Assembly (NCBI GenBank): GCA_030526995.1
Contig: JAUNBP010000001.1
Coordinates: 28,963-92,962, forward strand
Origin: Clostridia bacterium
Lineage (GTDB): Bacteria > Bacillota > Clostridia > Christensenellales > CAG-138
DNA length: 64,000 nt
Direction of reading: 5' to 3'
Below, one piece after another: positions 18,756 to 28,502 of this stretch. Every line of letters starts with the position of its first letter. The stretch's first letter is position 1. The notes below the pieces were generated by a model. It saw only the letters and a list, made by a program, of their open reading frames with translations, did not search any database and was not told the DNA's origin. The translations under genes were made by a program, and so were the position numbers.

Positions 18756-20531
18756 TTGGACGAGCTTTTGTTAAGTAAGCTGCTTTGCAAGGTTGAAAAG
18801 CCGGCACGATATATAGGCGGAGAGTGGAACTCCGTAGATAAAAAGGACGCACAGGTTCATTTTGCGCTGTGCTTTCCCGACGTATATGAAATAGGGATGT
18901 CCCACTTGGGCTCGCGGATTCTTTACAACGTCCTAAATGAAATGGACGGCGTGTTCTGCGAGCGTGTTTTTGCGCCGTGGACGGATATGGAGCAGGAGCT
19001 TCGCAGTGAGGGTGCGCCCCTGTTTTCGTTGGAGAGCAAGCGTGCCTTGGGCGACTTCGATATCATAGGCTTTTCGCTGCTGTATGAGATGTGCTACACG
19101 AACATCTTGACGATGCTTGACCTTTCAAACATCCCGTTCTACGCCTGTCAGCGTACGGAGGACATGCCGCTTGTAATCTGCGGAGGGCCCTGCACCGTAA
19201 ACCCCGAACCGATAGCCCCGTTTATGGATGCCGTGATAATCGGGGACGGCGAGGAGGCCGACGCCGAGATAGTTAAAGAGTACATGAGGGCAAAGCGGGA
19301 AGGCCTATCCAAGGGCGAGCTTTTGGAGCGCCTTGCCAAAATAGAGGGCGTGTACGTCCCGAGCCTTAAAAACAGGGTCTCGCGCAGGATACTCAAAAAC
19401 TTGGATGCCGCTCCCTACATCGGCAAGCAGCTCGTTCCCCATATCGGGATAGTCCACGACAGGGTTGCGATAGAGGTCATGCGGGGCTGCACACGGGGCT
19501 GCAGGTTCTGTCAGGCGGGCTACATATACCGACCGGTTCGCGAGCGCAAAAAGGAAACGCTTTTAAGGCAGGCGGAGGAGCTTGTAAGCTGTACCGGCTA
19601 CGATGAGGTTTCGCTTTTGAGCCTGTCAACCGGCGATTATTCCGAGCTTCATGAGCTTTTGCCCGAGGTTATGGACAGGATGCAGGAGCAGCGGGTTTCA
19701 ATTGCGCTTCCTTCACTCAGGATAGACTCCGTCTTGAAGGACGATCTTGAGAGGATGCAGCAGGTCAGAAAGGCGGGGCTCACCTTTGCACCGGAGGCGG
19801 GCACGCAGCGGCTTCGGGACGTGATAAACAAGAACGTGACCGAGGAAGATTTGTTAAGGGCGGTAGGCGACGCCTTTGAAGCGGGCTGGACGGGCGTCAA
19901 GCTCTACTTCATGATAGGCCTGCCCACCGAAACCGATGAGGACGTGTTGGGAATTGCCGAGCTTGCCAAAAAGGTCAGCGGGGTCTATTATTCGCTTCCG
20001 AAAGAGAGGCGGCAAAAGGGACTTAGGATAACCGTGTCGGTCTCAACCTTCGTGCCAAAGCCCTTCACCCCGTTCCAGTGGGCGCCGCAGAACACCTTGG
20101 AGGAGATAGTGCGAAAGCAGCAGCTCCTAAAGGGAGCGATAAAGGGAGTCCGTGCAGCGGAATTGCACTGCCATCCCTCAAAGCTGTCAGAGCTTGAGGC
20201 CTGCTTTTCAAGAGGGGATCAGAGGCTTTCAGGGGTTTTGGTGTCGGCATATCAAAAGGGCTGCAGGTTCGATTCGTGGGCGGAGCATTTCAAGCCGGAC
20301 AAGTGGCTTGAGGCTTTTGAACAAAACGGGGTAACGATTGAGGAATATGCGCATAGGGAGCGACCTTTGGACGAAGAATTACCATGGGCGCATATCGATG
20401 CGGTGGTCACGCCCGAGTATCTAAAATGCGAGTGGCAGCGTGCATTGAAAGGAGTAACAACGCCCGATTGCAGGGAGGGCTGCAACGGCTGTTTCGGTAA
20501 AAGATATGAAGATTATTGCCGCACTTCATAA
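18756..20531 (+). CDS. TIGR03960-type B12-binding radical SAM protein
   Basis: KPARYIGGE, FPDVYEIGMSHLG, CTRGCRFC; TTG start after GGAGG. Confidence 0.9.
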   Translation: MDELLLSKLLCKVEKPARYIGGEWNSVDKKDAQVHFALCFPDVYEIGMSHLGSRILYNVLNEMDGVFCERVFAPWTDMEQELRSEGAPLFSLESKRALGDFDIIGFSLLYEMCYTNILTMLDLSNIPFYACQRTEDMPLVICGGPCTVNPEPIAPFMDAVIIGDGEEADAEIVKEYMRAKREGLSKGELLERLAKIEGVYVPSLKNRVSRRILKNLDAAPYIGKQLVPHIGIVHDRVAIEVMRGCTRGCRFCQAGYIYRPVRERKKETLLRQAEELVSCTGYDEVSLLSLSTGDYSELHELLPEVMDRMQEQRVSIALPSLRIDSVLKDDLERMQQVRKAGLTFAPEAGTQRLRDVINKNVTEEDLLRAVGDAFEAGWTGVKLYFMIGLPTETDEDVLGIAELAKKVSGVYYSLPKERRQKGLRITVSVSTFVPKPFTPFQWAPQNTLEEIVRKQQLLKGAIKGVRAAELHCHPSKLSELEACFSRGDQRLSGVLVSAYQKGCRFDSWAEHFKPDKWLEAFEQNGVTIEEYAHRERPLDEELPWAHIDAVVTPEYLKCEWQRALKGVTTPDCREGCNGCFGKRYEDYCRTS

Positions 20532-21186
20532 ATCGGGCTTGGTGGCGCACACCTCACATTTGGATGTGCAGCGGAGCTTGCAGAGGGCATTTAGAAGGGC
20601 AAAGGTGCCGCTTGCCTATTCGCAGGGCTTCAACCCGCACCCGCTGTTGTCGTTTGCAACGGCGCTGGCAACGGGCTATACGAGCGATTGCGAGTGGTTC
20701 GAGCTTTCGCTTGAAAGGGATATGGCTGTAAGCGAGTTCGAGCAGAGGGTGAACGGGTGTATGCCGCAGGGCATGTGGGTGTCGGCTGCCTTCGATTCCA
20801 CCTTTGAGGCGGTCTCGCTCACCAAGATGCTGCGGGCTGCAAGATACGAGGCCACCGTGCACTTGGATTGCGGCATAGACTTTGATATGGTGGAGAGGGC
20901 GTTGAAGGAAACGCTCGAACAGAAAGAAATAGAAATCTTAAAAAAGACGAAGGGCGGAATAAAACCCGTCAACATTCGTCCTCAAATAATTACGGCTGCT
21001 GTGGAGAAGGTCGAAAAAACCGTTGTACGATTTGATATTCTAAGCGAGCTTAATGCGGCAGGAGGATTGCGGGTAGAACCGTTTATCCATGTCGTGTTCA
21101 AGGGGTTCGGGACGGAACCGCTCGTTTCAGTGCATCGTGCGGCAATGTATTTCGACGGCTGTGAAAGGCTTCCCCGCTTGCCGTAG
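20506..21186 (+). CDS. TIGR03936-type radical SAM-associated protein (DUF2344)
   Basis: SHLD...RAFRRA..P.AYSQGFNPHP; adjacent to its usual partner gene. Confidence 0.88.
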   Translation: MKIIAALHKSGLVAHTSHLDVQRSLQRAFRRAKVPLAYSQGFNPHPLLSFATALATGYTSDCEWFELSLERDMAVSEFEQRVNGCMPQGMWVSAAFDSTFEAVSLTKMLRAARYEATVHLDCGIDFDMVERALKETLEQKEIEILKKTKGGIKPVNIRPQIITAAVEKVEKTVVRFDILSELNAAGGLRVEPFIHVVFKGFGTEPLVSVHRAAMYFDGCERLPRLP

Positions 21187-21198
21187 GGAAGGAATAAA

Positions 21199-22710
21199 AT
21201 GAATAAGGAAATTTTGGTAGATGCAATCGGGTTTACAACTCGGGTTGCAGTGGTGGAGGACGGCACTCCGGTGGAGCTGTACGTCGATCAGGAGGGAAGC
21301 GAAAGGCTCGTAGGCAACATATATCTCGGCAAGGTTCAAAACGTATTGCCGGGGATGCAGGCGGCGTTCGTGGACATCGGCTTGGAGAAAAACGCCTTTT
21401 TGTATGCGGGAGACGTGTTCTTCCCGGGCGATCAGTTTGACAAGTTGGAGCAGATACCGCAGAGCAGAAAGATAAACGATTTGCTAAAGGCGGGGCAGAC
21501 CATTATGGTTCAGGTCGCAAAGGACCCGATAGGCACCAAGGGCGCAAGGGTCACGACCCATATCACGCTTGCGGGCAGGTCGCTGGTACTAATGCCCACC
21601 GTGGACTACGTCGGCGTTTCGCACCGAATCGAAAGGGAGGAGGAGCGCAACCGCCTAAAGAAGATTCTGCACGAGATAAAGCCCAAGGACAGGGGCGTTA
21701 TAGTCAGAACGGCGTCGGCAGGCAAGTCCAAGGAGGCTTTTTCGGAGGACTTGGACGGGCTTATGAAGCTCTATGCCGACATCGAAAAGAAGGCGGGCAG
21801 GAGCAAGGCGCCAAAGCTGCTTCACGCCGAGCAGTCCCTGTTGTTTAGGACGGTTCGGGACATCCTCATGAAGGACGTGGACAGGCTGTTCGTCAACGAG
21901 AAGAAGGCTTATAACGAGCTTAGGGACATTGCGGAGGTGATTGCCCCCAAGCTAAAGCCTCGGATACTGTTCAAGGACAGCGAAAACCTGTTCGACAGGT
22001 ACGAGACCGAGTCCAAGATTGAGAGGGCGTTGGAGCGCAAGGTCTGGCTTAAAAACGGCGGGTATCTCATCATCGACCGCACCGAAGCGCTCACGATTAT
22101 CGACGTCAACACGGGCAAGTTCGTGGGCAAGGACAATTTGGAAAAGACGCTCACCGCAACGAATTGCGAGGCTGCACAGGAGATAGCCGTGCAATTGAGG
22201 CTCAGGGACATCGGCGGGATTATCGTGGTGGACTTTATCGACATGGAAAAGGAGAGCAACCGTCAGTTGGTGCTTCAGACGCTGAAAAATGCGATGAAGG
22301 ACGACCACACCCGTTCGCATGTGTATGGCTTTACGCACTTGGGCTTGGTTGAGCTTGCGAGGAAAAAGACGGGGAGGAGCATAGGCGACACGCTGCAGAC
22401 GACCTGCCCGTATTGCGCAGGCGATTCCAAGGTGCTCTCGCCTCAGTCGGTCTTTGCAAAGGTTAGAAAGCAGGTTTTGCAGGTGCAGCGGGGCAGCAAG
22501 ATAAAGCGCATGTACATCGAGGTAAACCCCGAGGTGATGAGGACTATGGAGATGCTGCAAAAAAAGCACGGCGAGATTTTCCCCGAGCTGCCGGAAGCGG
22601 GCTATTATGTCAGAGCAAACGAAGCCCTGCACATAGAGAAGTTTACGGTAAGACCGCTACCCGACAAAAAAGTTGCAGAATTTAGAAAAGTTTGCAAAAT
22701 CATGCGTTGA
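21199..22710 (+). CDS. Rne/Rng family ribonuclease
   Basis: S1 domain (GNIYLGKV, AAFVDIG), DVNTG, GGIIVVDFID, CPYC. Confidence 0.95.
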   Translation: MNKEILVDAIGFTTRVAVVEDGTPVELYVDQEGSERLVGNIYLGKVQNVLPGMQAAFVDIGLEKNAFLYAGDVFFPGDQFDKLEQIPQSRKINDLLKAGQTIMVQVAKDPIGTKGARVTTHITLAGRSLVLMPTVDYVGVSHRIEREEERNRLKKILHEIKPKDRGVIVRTASAGKSKEAFSEDLDGLMKLYADIEKKAGRSKAPKLLHAEQSLLFRTVRDILMKDVDRLFVNEKKAYNELRDIAEVIAPKLKPRILFKDSENLFDRYETESKIERALERKVWLKNGGYLIIDRTEALTIIDVNTGKFVGKDNLEKTLTATNCEAAQEIAVQLRLRDIGGIIVVDFIDMEKESNRQLVLQTLKNAMKDDHTRSHVYGFTHLGLVELARKKTGRSIGDTLQTTCPYCAGDSKVLSPQSVFAKVRKQVLQVQRGSKIKRMYIEVNPEVMRTMEMLQKKHGEIFPELPEAGYYVRANEALHIEKFTVRPLPDKKVAEFRKVCKIMR

Positions 22711-22812
22711 CAGGGCAAAAACCCTGTGTTATAATGCTTCGGTGAGCCGCTTCGGAGCGGGATTTAAGTATGCATTTGCATCTCCGCATTTGAGCGAGTC
22801 TGGTAGAAGGAG
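22708..22812 (+). promoter_or_regulatory. sigmaA promoter and probable L21 ribosomal-protein leader
   Basis: TTGACA at 22708 and TGnTATAAT; structured leader ending GAGCGAGTC before rplU. Confidence 0.7.
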
Positions 22813-22820
22813 GAAGTAGT

Positions 22821-23126
22821 ATGTACGCAATCATTCAAACCGGTGGTAAACAGTACAAGGTAGCGGTAGGCGACGAAGTTTTGGTTGAAAAGCTCGACGT
22901 CGAGGTAGATACCGAGGTTACGTTTGATGTATTGTTAGTAGCCGATGGAGAGAACATCACGGTAGGCACGCCCGTTGTAGACGGAGTCAAGGCAACCGGC
23001 AAGGTGTTGGAACAGGGCAAGGGCAAGAAGGTCATCGTATTCAGGTACAAGCCCAAGAAGAACATCCGCAAAAAGCGCGGTCATCGCCAGCCGTACACAA
23101 GGGTTGAGATAACCGCAATCGGCTGA
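22821..23126 (+). CDS. rplU: 50S ribosomal protein L21
   Basis: [14 protein letters not shown]...GHRQPYT. Confidence 0.98.
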   Translation: MYAIIQTGGKQYKVAVGDEVLVEKLDVEVDTEVTFDVLLVADGENITVGTPVVDGVKATGKVLEQGKGKKVIVFRYKPKKNIRKKRGHRQPYTRVEITAIG

Positions 23127-23130
23127 TAAA

Positions 23131-23460
23131 ATGGTCAGGCTGACAGTTTTGAAGGAAAAGGGCATACCGATAGGCTTTGAGCTTTCGGGACATGCCGAAC
23201 AGGGTGAATACGGGAGCGACTTGGTCTGCGCAGCCATATCGGGCATAGTGCAGACAACGATACTCGGAATCACCGAAGTAGTGAAAGCAAGCGCAGCGTT
23301 TTCAATTGAGGAGAACGACACACATTGCGCTATATCCAAGGATGCGTCCGACGAACAGATAAAGGGCACGGCATTGCTGATAGAAACAATGCAAAAGGGC
23401 TTGGAATCGATAGAACTGACGTATTCGGGTACCCTCAAAATAAAGATTAGGGAGGTGTAA
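23131..23460 (+). CDS. prp: ribosomal-processing cysteine protease Prp
   Basis: SGHA...DLVCAAIS; located between rplU and rpmA. Confidence 0.93.
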   Translation: MVRLTVLKEKGIPIGFELSGHAEQGEYGSDLVCAAISGIVQTTILGITEVVKASAAFSIEENDTHCAISKDASDEQIKGTALLIETMQKGLESIELTYSGTLKIKIREV

Positions 23461-23463
23461 ATT

Positions 23464-23745
23464 ATGTTCATGATGAATCTGCAATTATTCGCTCACAAGA
23501 AGGGCGGCGGCTCGACCCGTAACGGCAGGGACAGCGAAAGCAAGCGCTTAGGGCCCAAGCGTGCGGACGGGCAGTATGTGCTGGCGGGAAACATTCTCGT
23601 TAGGCAGCGCGGAACCCATTTCCATCCGGGCAACAACGTCGGCATCGGCAAGGACGATACCTTGTTTGCAAAAATCGACGGCGTGGTTCGCTTTGAAACC
23701 CGTCATCTCGGAAAGAAGACCGTCAGCGTCTACGCAGCGGAATAA
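23464..23745 (+). CDS. rpmA: 50S ribosomal protein L27 with Prp-cleaved N-terminal extension
   Basis: [20 protein letters not shown]. Confidence 0.98.
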   Translation: MFMMNLQLFAHKKGGGSTRNGRDSESKRLGPKRADGQYVLAGNILVRQRGTHFHPGNNVGIGKDDTLFAKIDGVVRFETRHLGKKTVSVYAAE

Positions 23746-23758
23746 CAAAACAAAACCC

Positions 23759-23785
23759 AAGAGCCGCACCCACATGCGGCTCTTA
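23759..23785 (+). terminator. intrinsic terminator after rpmA
   Basis: AAGAGCCGCA...TGCGGCTCTT hairpin. Confidence 0.7.
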
Positions 23786-23809
23786 ATCTTTGCCCAAATT
23801 TTCAACAAT

Positions 23810-24031
23810 TCACAGCGGCTGATCCGAATCGTTCGGAGTATAGCGCATAATATCCGAAACCCCGCAATTCAATATTCTGCACAGGTCGTTGACGGTAGTC
23901 GTGCTCAACGGCTTGTTCTTTCTCAGTCTGTCAAGTAAGGAGCTTGAAAGGTGATGCTTGTGAATCAAGGTATAGGTAGATTCGGCTTTCGATGCCTTCA
24001 AAGTAGCCCAAAACGGCCCATAGTCTATCAC
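23810..24031 (-). CDS. small Cro/C1-type HTH regulator
   Basis: IDYGPFW..L...TVNDLCRILNC.VSDI pattern; GTG after GGAGG. Confidence 0.8.
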   Translation of the reverse strand: MIDYGPFWATLKASKAESTYTLIHKHHLSSSLLDRLRKNKPLSTTTVNDLCRILNCGVSDIMRYTPNDSDQPL

Positions 24032-24096
24032 GTTTCTCACCTCCTCCTTTAATATTAGTTAAAGTCTACATATTGACATTGTAACCCCTAAACATA

Positions 24097-24211
24097 CCCA
24101 TTTTGCCATCCGTCCATGGCAAAATGGGGCGCTCAAAACCGTATTTACTCTTAACTACAACCCCTTATACATTTTCCTTTGGTACTTTCCTTTTTTGCAA
24201 AAGGAAAGTAC
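24097..24211. repeat. two intergenic palindromes (REP-like or terminator)
   Basis: CCCATTTTGCCAT/ATGGCAAAATGGG at 24097-24128 and GTACTTTCCTTTT/AAAAGGAAAGTAC at 24182-24211. Confidence 0.6.
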
Positions 24212-24236
24212 GGTACCTTTCCGTCCCCACATCCCC

Positions 24237-25973
24237 CTACTCCCGCATAGTAGCCTGATAGAACGTAGCGTAGATGCCGCCCGTTTCTACGAGTTCGTCG
24301 TGGGTGCCACGCTCGCGGATGCCGCCGTTGTCGATGACTATGATTTCATCGGCGTTACGAACCGTTGAGAGCCTGTGCGCGATGACGAGGGTGGTTCTGC
24401 CCTCGGAAAGCTCGTCGAACGAGTGCTGAATATCGGTTTCGGTCAGCGAGTCGAGGGCGCTGGTCGCCTCGTCGAGAATAAGGATGGGCGGATTTTTCAA
24501 AAAGAGGCGGGCGATGGATATGCGCTGCTTCTGCCCACCGGAGAGCATCATGCCCCGCTCGCCTACTTCGGTGTTGTAGCCGTCGTGGAACTGCATGATC
24601 TCGTCGTGGATGTGCGCCCGCTTGGCGGCCTCGATGACCTCCTCGTCGGTGGCGTTCAGCCGTCCGTAGCGAATGTTTTCCATAACGCTGCCCGCGAAGA
24701 GGAAAACGTCCTGCTGCACGATGCCGATGTTGCGGCGAAGCGACTTTTGCGTGACGTCGGTGATGCACTTGCCGTCCACGGTAATCTTGCCGCCCTTGAC
24801 CTCGTAGAAGCGCATCAGAAGGTGGCACAGCGTGGTCTTGCCTCCGCCGGAGGGCCCGACGAGGGCTATGGTGGAGCCTGCGGGAATCTTCAGATTGAGG
24901 TGGGAAAGCACGGTTATATCGTCCTCGTAGGAGAACGAAACGTCCGAAAACTCAATGTTGCCCTTGACATTCGAGAGGGTTTCGGCGTCGGGCTTGTCGG
25001 TGATGTCGGGGTTGGTGTCGAGGATCTCGGCAAAGCGGGTAAAGCCTGCCATGCCCATGATGTACTGCTCGGCAAAGTTTGCAAGCCTTTTCACGGGGGA
25101 GGAGAACGCCGAAACATAGAGGGTAAAGGTTATCATCACGATGGGGTCGAGCTGATCCTTGTAGATTAAGAGCCCGCCCACGCAGAGGACGAGGATGTTG
25201 AAAAGCGCGATGAAAAACTCGGTTCCGCTTCCGAACAGGGCCATGTAGCGGTAAAAGTCGTCCTTGGCGTGGAGAAAGTCGGAGTTGCCGCGCTCAAACT
25301 TTTCAATCTCGTAGTCCTCGTTGGTAAAGGCCTTGGCAACGCGCGCGCCCGAAATCGAGGACTCAACGCCCGCATTTATGCCCGCAACGGTCTCCTTGAC
25401 ACGGCGTGAAGCCATGCGCATCCTAAACCGCGTCAGCATGACGAAAACCAGCATACAGGGCAAAAGCACGAGCATGGCGAGTGCAAGCCGCCATTCGATG
25501 ACGAACATTGCGATGAAGGCGCCGACTATCGTAAGCGTTGAGATTAGAACATCCTCGGGGCCGTGGTGCGCAAGCTCGGTAATGTCGAACAGGTCGGTCG
25601 TGACGCGGGAGAGCAGCTTGCCGGTACGAATCTTGTCGTAAAAGCTGAACGGCAGCGTCTGTATGTGCGCAAAGATATCCCGCCGCATATGCGCCTCCAT
25701 CTTGACGCCCAAAAGATGCCCCCAGTAGTTGACAACGTACTGCATGGCGGTCCTTAGAAAGTAGGCAAACAAGGCACCTATGAGCAGCCAGATAAAGGTG
25801 GAGAGCAGCGAGGGGTCGAGCTTCATCTGCGGCATCAGCGTTCGCAGGATGTACTGCGTTAAAAGCGGGTAGCCCAAATCTACGAGCGAGATAGCCGAGG
25901 CACAGCCGAGATCCAAGCACAACAAGCCCTTGTGTGGCTTGTAATATTGTATAAAACGTTTCAATTTATCCAT
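24237..25973 (-). CDS. ABC exporter, fused permease and ATPase
   Basis: TM domain, GPSGGGKT, LSGGQKQR, ILDEATS, IAHRLS. Confidence 0.95.
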   Translation of the reverse strand: MDKLKRFIQYYKPHKGLLCLDLGCASAISLVDLGYPLLTQYILRTLMPQMKLDPSLLSTFIWLLIGALFAYFLRTAMQYVVNYWGHLLGVKMEAHMRRDIFAHIQTLPFSFYDKIRTGKLLSRVTTDLFDITELAHHGPEDVLISTLTIVGAFIAMFVIEWRLALAMLVLLPCMLVFVMLTRFRMRMASRRVKETVAGINAGVESSISGARVAKAFTNEDYEIEKFERGNSDFLHAKDDFYRYMALFGSGTEFFIALFNILVLCVGGLLIYKDQLDPIVMITFTLYVSAFSSPVKRLANFAEQYIMGMAGFTRFAEILDTNPDITDKPDAETLSNVKGNIEFSDVSFSYEDDITVLSHLNLKIPAGSTIALVGPSGGGKTTLCHLLMRFYEVKGGKITVDGKCITDVTQKSLRRNIGIVQQDVFLFAGSVMENIRYGRLNATDEEVIEAAKRAHIHDEIMQFHDGYNTEVGERGMMLSGGQKQRISIARLFLKNPPILILDEATSALDSLTETDIQHSFDELSEGRTTLVIAHRLSTVRNADEIIVIDNGGIRERGTHDELVETGGIYATFYQATMRE

Positions 25974-26019
25974 ATGTAAAGTATAGCAGACCTTGCGAAA
26001 AATGTCCACATGAAAAAGA

Positions 26020-26048
26020 GCATACTTGCCCTTTGAAACTCATACATT
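26020..26048 (+). promoter_or_regulatory. sigmaE-type sporulation promoter of spoIVA
   Basis: GCATACT-N14-CATACATT fits the sigmaE consensus. Confidence 0.7.
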
Positions 26049-26082
26049 GTGATGAAATAGATGCCATTTAGGGAGGAAGAAA

Positions 26083-27561
26083 ATGGACAGAGCAAGTTTA
26101 TACCGAGATATAGCCGCACGGACGCAGGGAGATATATACATAGGGGTTGTGGGGCCGGTTCGCACGGGCAAGTCCACCTTTATAAAACGGATATCCGAGC
26201 TCATGCTGCTGCCGAAGATAGACAACCCGCACGTCAAGCAGAGGGTCACCGACGAGCTGCCGCAGAGCGGGGCAGGCAAGAGCATAATGACTACCCAGCC
26301 CAAGTTCGTGCCCTCCGACTCGGTCAGGGTGGAGCTTGACGAAAACGTCTTTGCAAACCTTCGCTTTGTAGACTGCGTGGGCTATATGATACCCGAGGCG
26401 TTGGGGCAGTTCGAGGATGAGGTTCCCCGCATGGTCACAACCCCGTGGTTCGACTACGACATCCCATTTTCCGAGGCTGCAACCGTGGGCACGCAAAAGG
26501 TAATATCCGAGCACGCTACGATAGGCATCGTTATGACGACCGACGGGAGCATAACCGACCTCCCGAGGGAGGCGTACATCGAGGCGGAGCGCACCGCAAT
26601 AGACGAGGTTAAGCAGACCAAAAAGCCCTACATAGTCATAGTCAACAGCACGAACCCCGAGGGCGAGGCGGCAAGGCGAACGGTGGAGGATATTGAGCAG
26701 CGATACGGCGTCCATGCGATAGCCATGGATGTGCTGCACATCGAAGAAAGGGGCATTACCGACCTTCTGACCGAGATGCTCTACGCCTTCCCGCTAAAGC
26801 TCGTGCAGATTCAGGTTCCCTCCTTCATGCGGGCACTCCAATTCAACCACCCGCTGATACAGAGGATACTGCTTCCTATACTCAGCACCGCCTCACAGAT
26901 AAAGACCGTGCGCGACTATCAATACCTGCAGGAGGAGCTTGGCAACATCGAGCAGTTCACAAAGGCAACGCTTGAAAGCCTGTCGCTTGGCGATGGCACG
27001 GCGTGTTTTGAGCTAAGGCCGGAGGAGGGCCTGTTCTACGAGGTGTTGAGCGGCGCCTGCGACTGCGATATCCACGACGACTTTCAGCTGATGTCCGCCA
27101 TAACCGAGTTTGTCAGGGCAAAGAAGGAGTACGACCGCCTCTCGGGAGCCTTGGAGCAGGCAAAGCAGACCGGCTACGGCATAGTGTCGCCCATGTTGGA
27201 TGAGATGGAGCTTTTGGACCCCGAGATTATAAGGCAGGGCAACAAGTTCGGCGTAAAGCTGCACGCAAAGGCGAGCGGGCTGCACCTGATAAGGGTCGAT
27301 ATCGACAGCGAGGTAAATCCGCTCGTGGGCTCGGAGCAGCAGTCCGAGGCGCTGATAGAGTACCTCACAAAGACCTTCGAGGACGATCCCACTGCGATAT
27401 GGGAGACCAACATCTTCGGAAAATCCCTCTACGACTTGGTCTGCGAGGGGATGCAGGGCAAGATTGTCGGCATGAGCGAGCAGGTGCAGCAGCGGCTTCA
27501 GGGAACGCTGCAGAGGATAGTAAATCACGGCTGCAACGGATTGATTTGCATAATGCTGTAA
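26083..27561 (+). CDS. spoIVA: stage IV sporulation protein A
   Basis: IYIGVVGPVRTGKSTFIKR, DELPQS, C-terminal GLICIML. Confidence 0.97.
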   Translation: MDRASLYRDIAARTQGDIYIGVVGPVRTGKSTFIKRISELMLLPKIDNPHVKQRVTDELPQSGAGKSIMTTQPKFVPSDSVRVELDENVFANLRFVDCVGYMIPEALGQFEDEVPRMVTTPWFDYDIPFSEAATVGTQKVISEHATIGIVMTTDGSITDLPREAYIEAERTAIDEVKQTKKPYIVIVNSTNPEGEAARRTVEDIEQRYGVHAIAMDVLHIEERGITDLLTEMLYAFPLKLVQIQVPSFMRALQFNHPLIQRILLPILSTASQIKTVRDYQYLQEELGNIEQFTKATLESLSLGDGTACFELRPEEGLFYEVLSGACDCDIHDDFQLMSAITEFVRAKKEYDRLSGALEQAKQTGYGIVSPMLDEMELLDPEIIRQGNKFGVKLHAKASGLHLIRVDIDSEVNPLVGSEQQSEALIEYLTKTFEDDPTAIWETNIFGKSLYDLVCEGMQGKIVGMSEQVQQRLQGTLQRIVNHGCNGLICIML

Positions 27562-27573
27562 ATAATAGGGTTC

Positions 27574-28470
27574 ATGAGAACCGATTTAGCAAAGGAAGCG
27601 CGAGGCAAGCTGCCCGACTGCGTGGGAGTTACCGAGGAGGTAGCCTACGAGGAGGGGATAGACGTCTCGCGCATCCTCGTTCATACCGACGAGGCGCAAA
27701 GGCTCTTGGACAAGCCCAAGGGCAGGTATGTCACGATAACCTTTTCAACTCCGGCACTTTCGGACAGGGACGCACGGGGCAGGATTGCGAGAAGGACGGC
27801 ACGGGAGCTTATCGCCATGCAGCGCATAGACGCCGACACCTCGGTGCTCGTCATAGGCCTCGGCAACCGCCACGTCACCCCCGATTCGTTGGGCCCCCTC
27901 GTTGCCGAACACATCTTCGTCACCCGCCACATCCAGCTCTACTGCGACGATATCCTGTCCGAAAAGACAAGGACGGTCACGGCGTTTTCAACCGGAGTTT
28001 TAGGCGTTACCGGCATGGAAACCGCCGAAGTAGTCAGGGGGCTCGTTTCGACTGTAAGGCCCGATTTGGTGCTTATCGTCGATGCGCTCGCCTCCATGGA
28101 AGCGGGGCATATCGGCAACGTGATTCAAATGAACGACAGCGGCATAAGCCCGGGCGCAGGCATAGGAAATTTCAGACGCAGCCTGAACAGAGAATCGCTC
28201 GGCGTTCCGGTTGTCACGCTCGGAATGCCGCTCGTGGTCTCCTCGGGCACGATAGTTGTGGACGCCCTTTCAAAGATTTCGCCAAAGCGGGATTGGAACG
28301 GGGTTGTAAAGCTCGTGGAAAGGACGCTGCCAAAAGAATTTATCAGCATGATAGTTTCGCCCAAGGACATAGACGCCATGGTCAGCGACGCCGCAAAGCT
28401 AATCTCCGATGCGATAAATCTCACCTTGCACGGGGAGCAGTATTCAAAGCTCGAAAAATTATTGAGATAA
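27574..28470 (+). CDS. gpr: germination protease GPR
   Basis: MRTDLA, GLGN..VTPDSLGP, GVTGMET, VDALA, GISPGAGIGN. Confidence 0.95.
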   Translation: MRTDLAKEARGKLPDCVGVTEEVAYEEGIDVSRILVHTDEAQRLLDKPKGRYVTITFSTPALSDRDARGRIARRTARELIAMQRIDADTSVLVIGLGNRHVTPDSLGPLVAEHIFVTRHIQLYCDDILSEKTRTVTAFSTGVLGVTGMETAEVVRGLVSTVRPDLVLIVDALASMEAGHIGNVIQMNDSGISPGAGIGNFRRSLNRESLGVPVVTLGMPLVVSSGTIVVDALSKISPKRDWNGVVKLVERTLPKEFISMIVSPKDIDAMVSDAAKLISDAINLTLHGEQYSKLEKLLR

Positions 28471-28502
28471 TGCCTGTCCACCCCGCATAAGTTTTAGCGG
28501 AG

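Noticed and set aside
27399-28490. 363-aa alternative-frame ORF over gpr, and similar long shadow ORFs (24375-25169, 21952-22632, 35469-36287)
   Set aside because: They overlap well-supported genes, have biased composition and show no motifs; expected in GC-rich coding DNA
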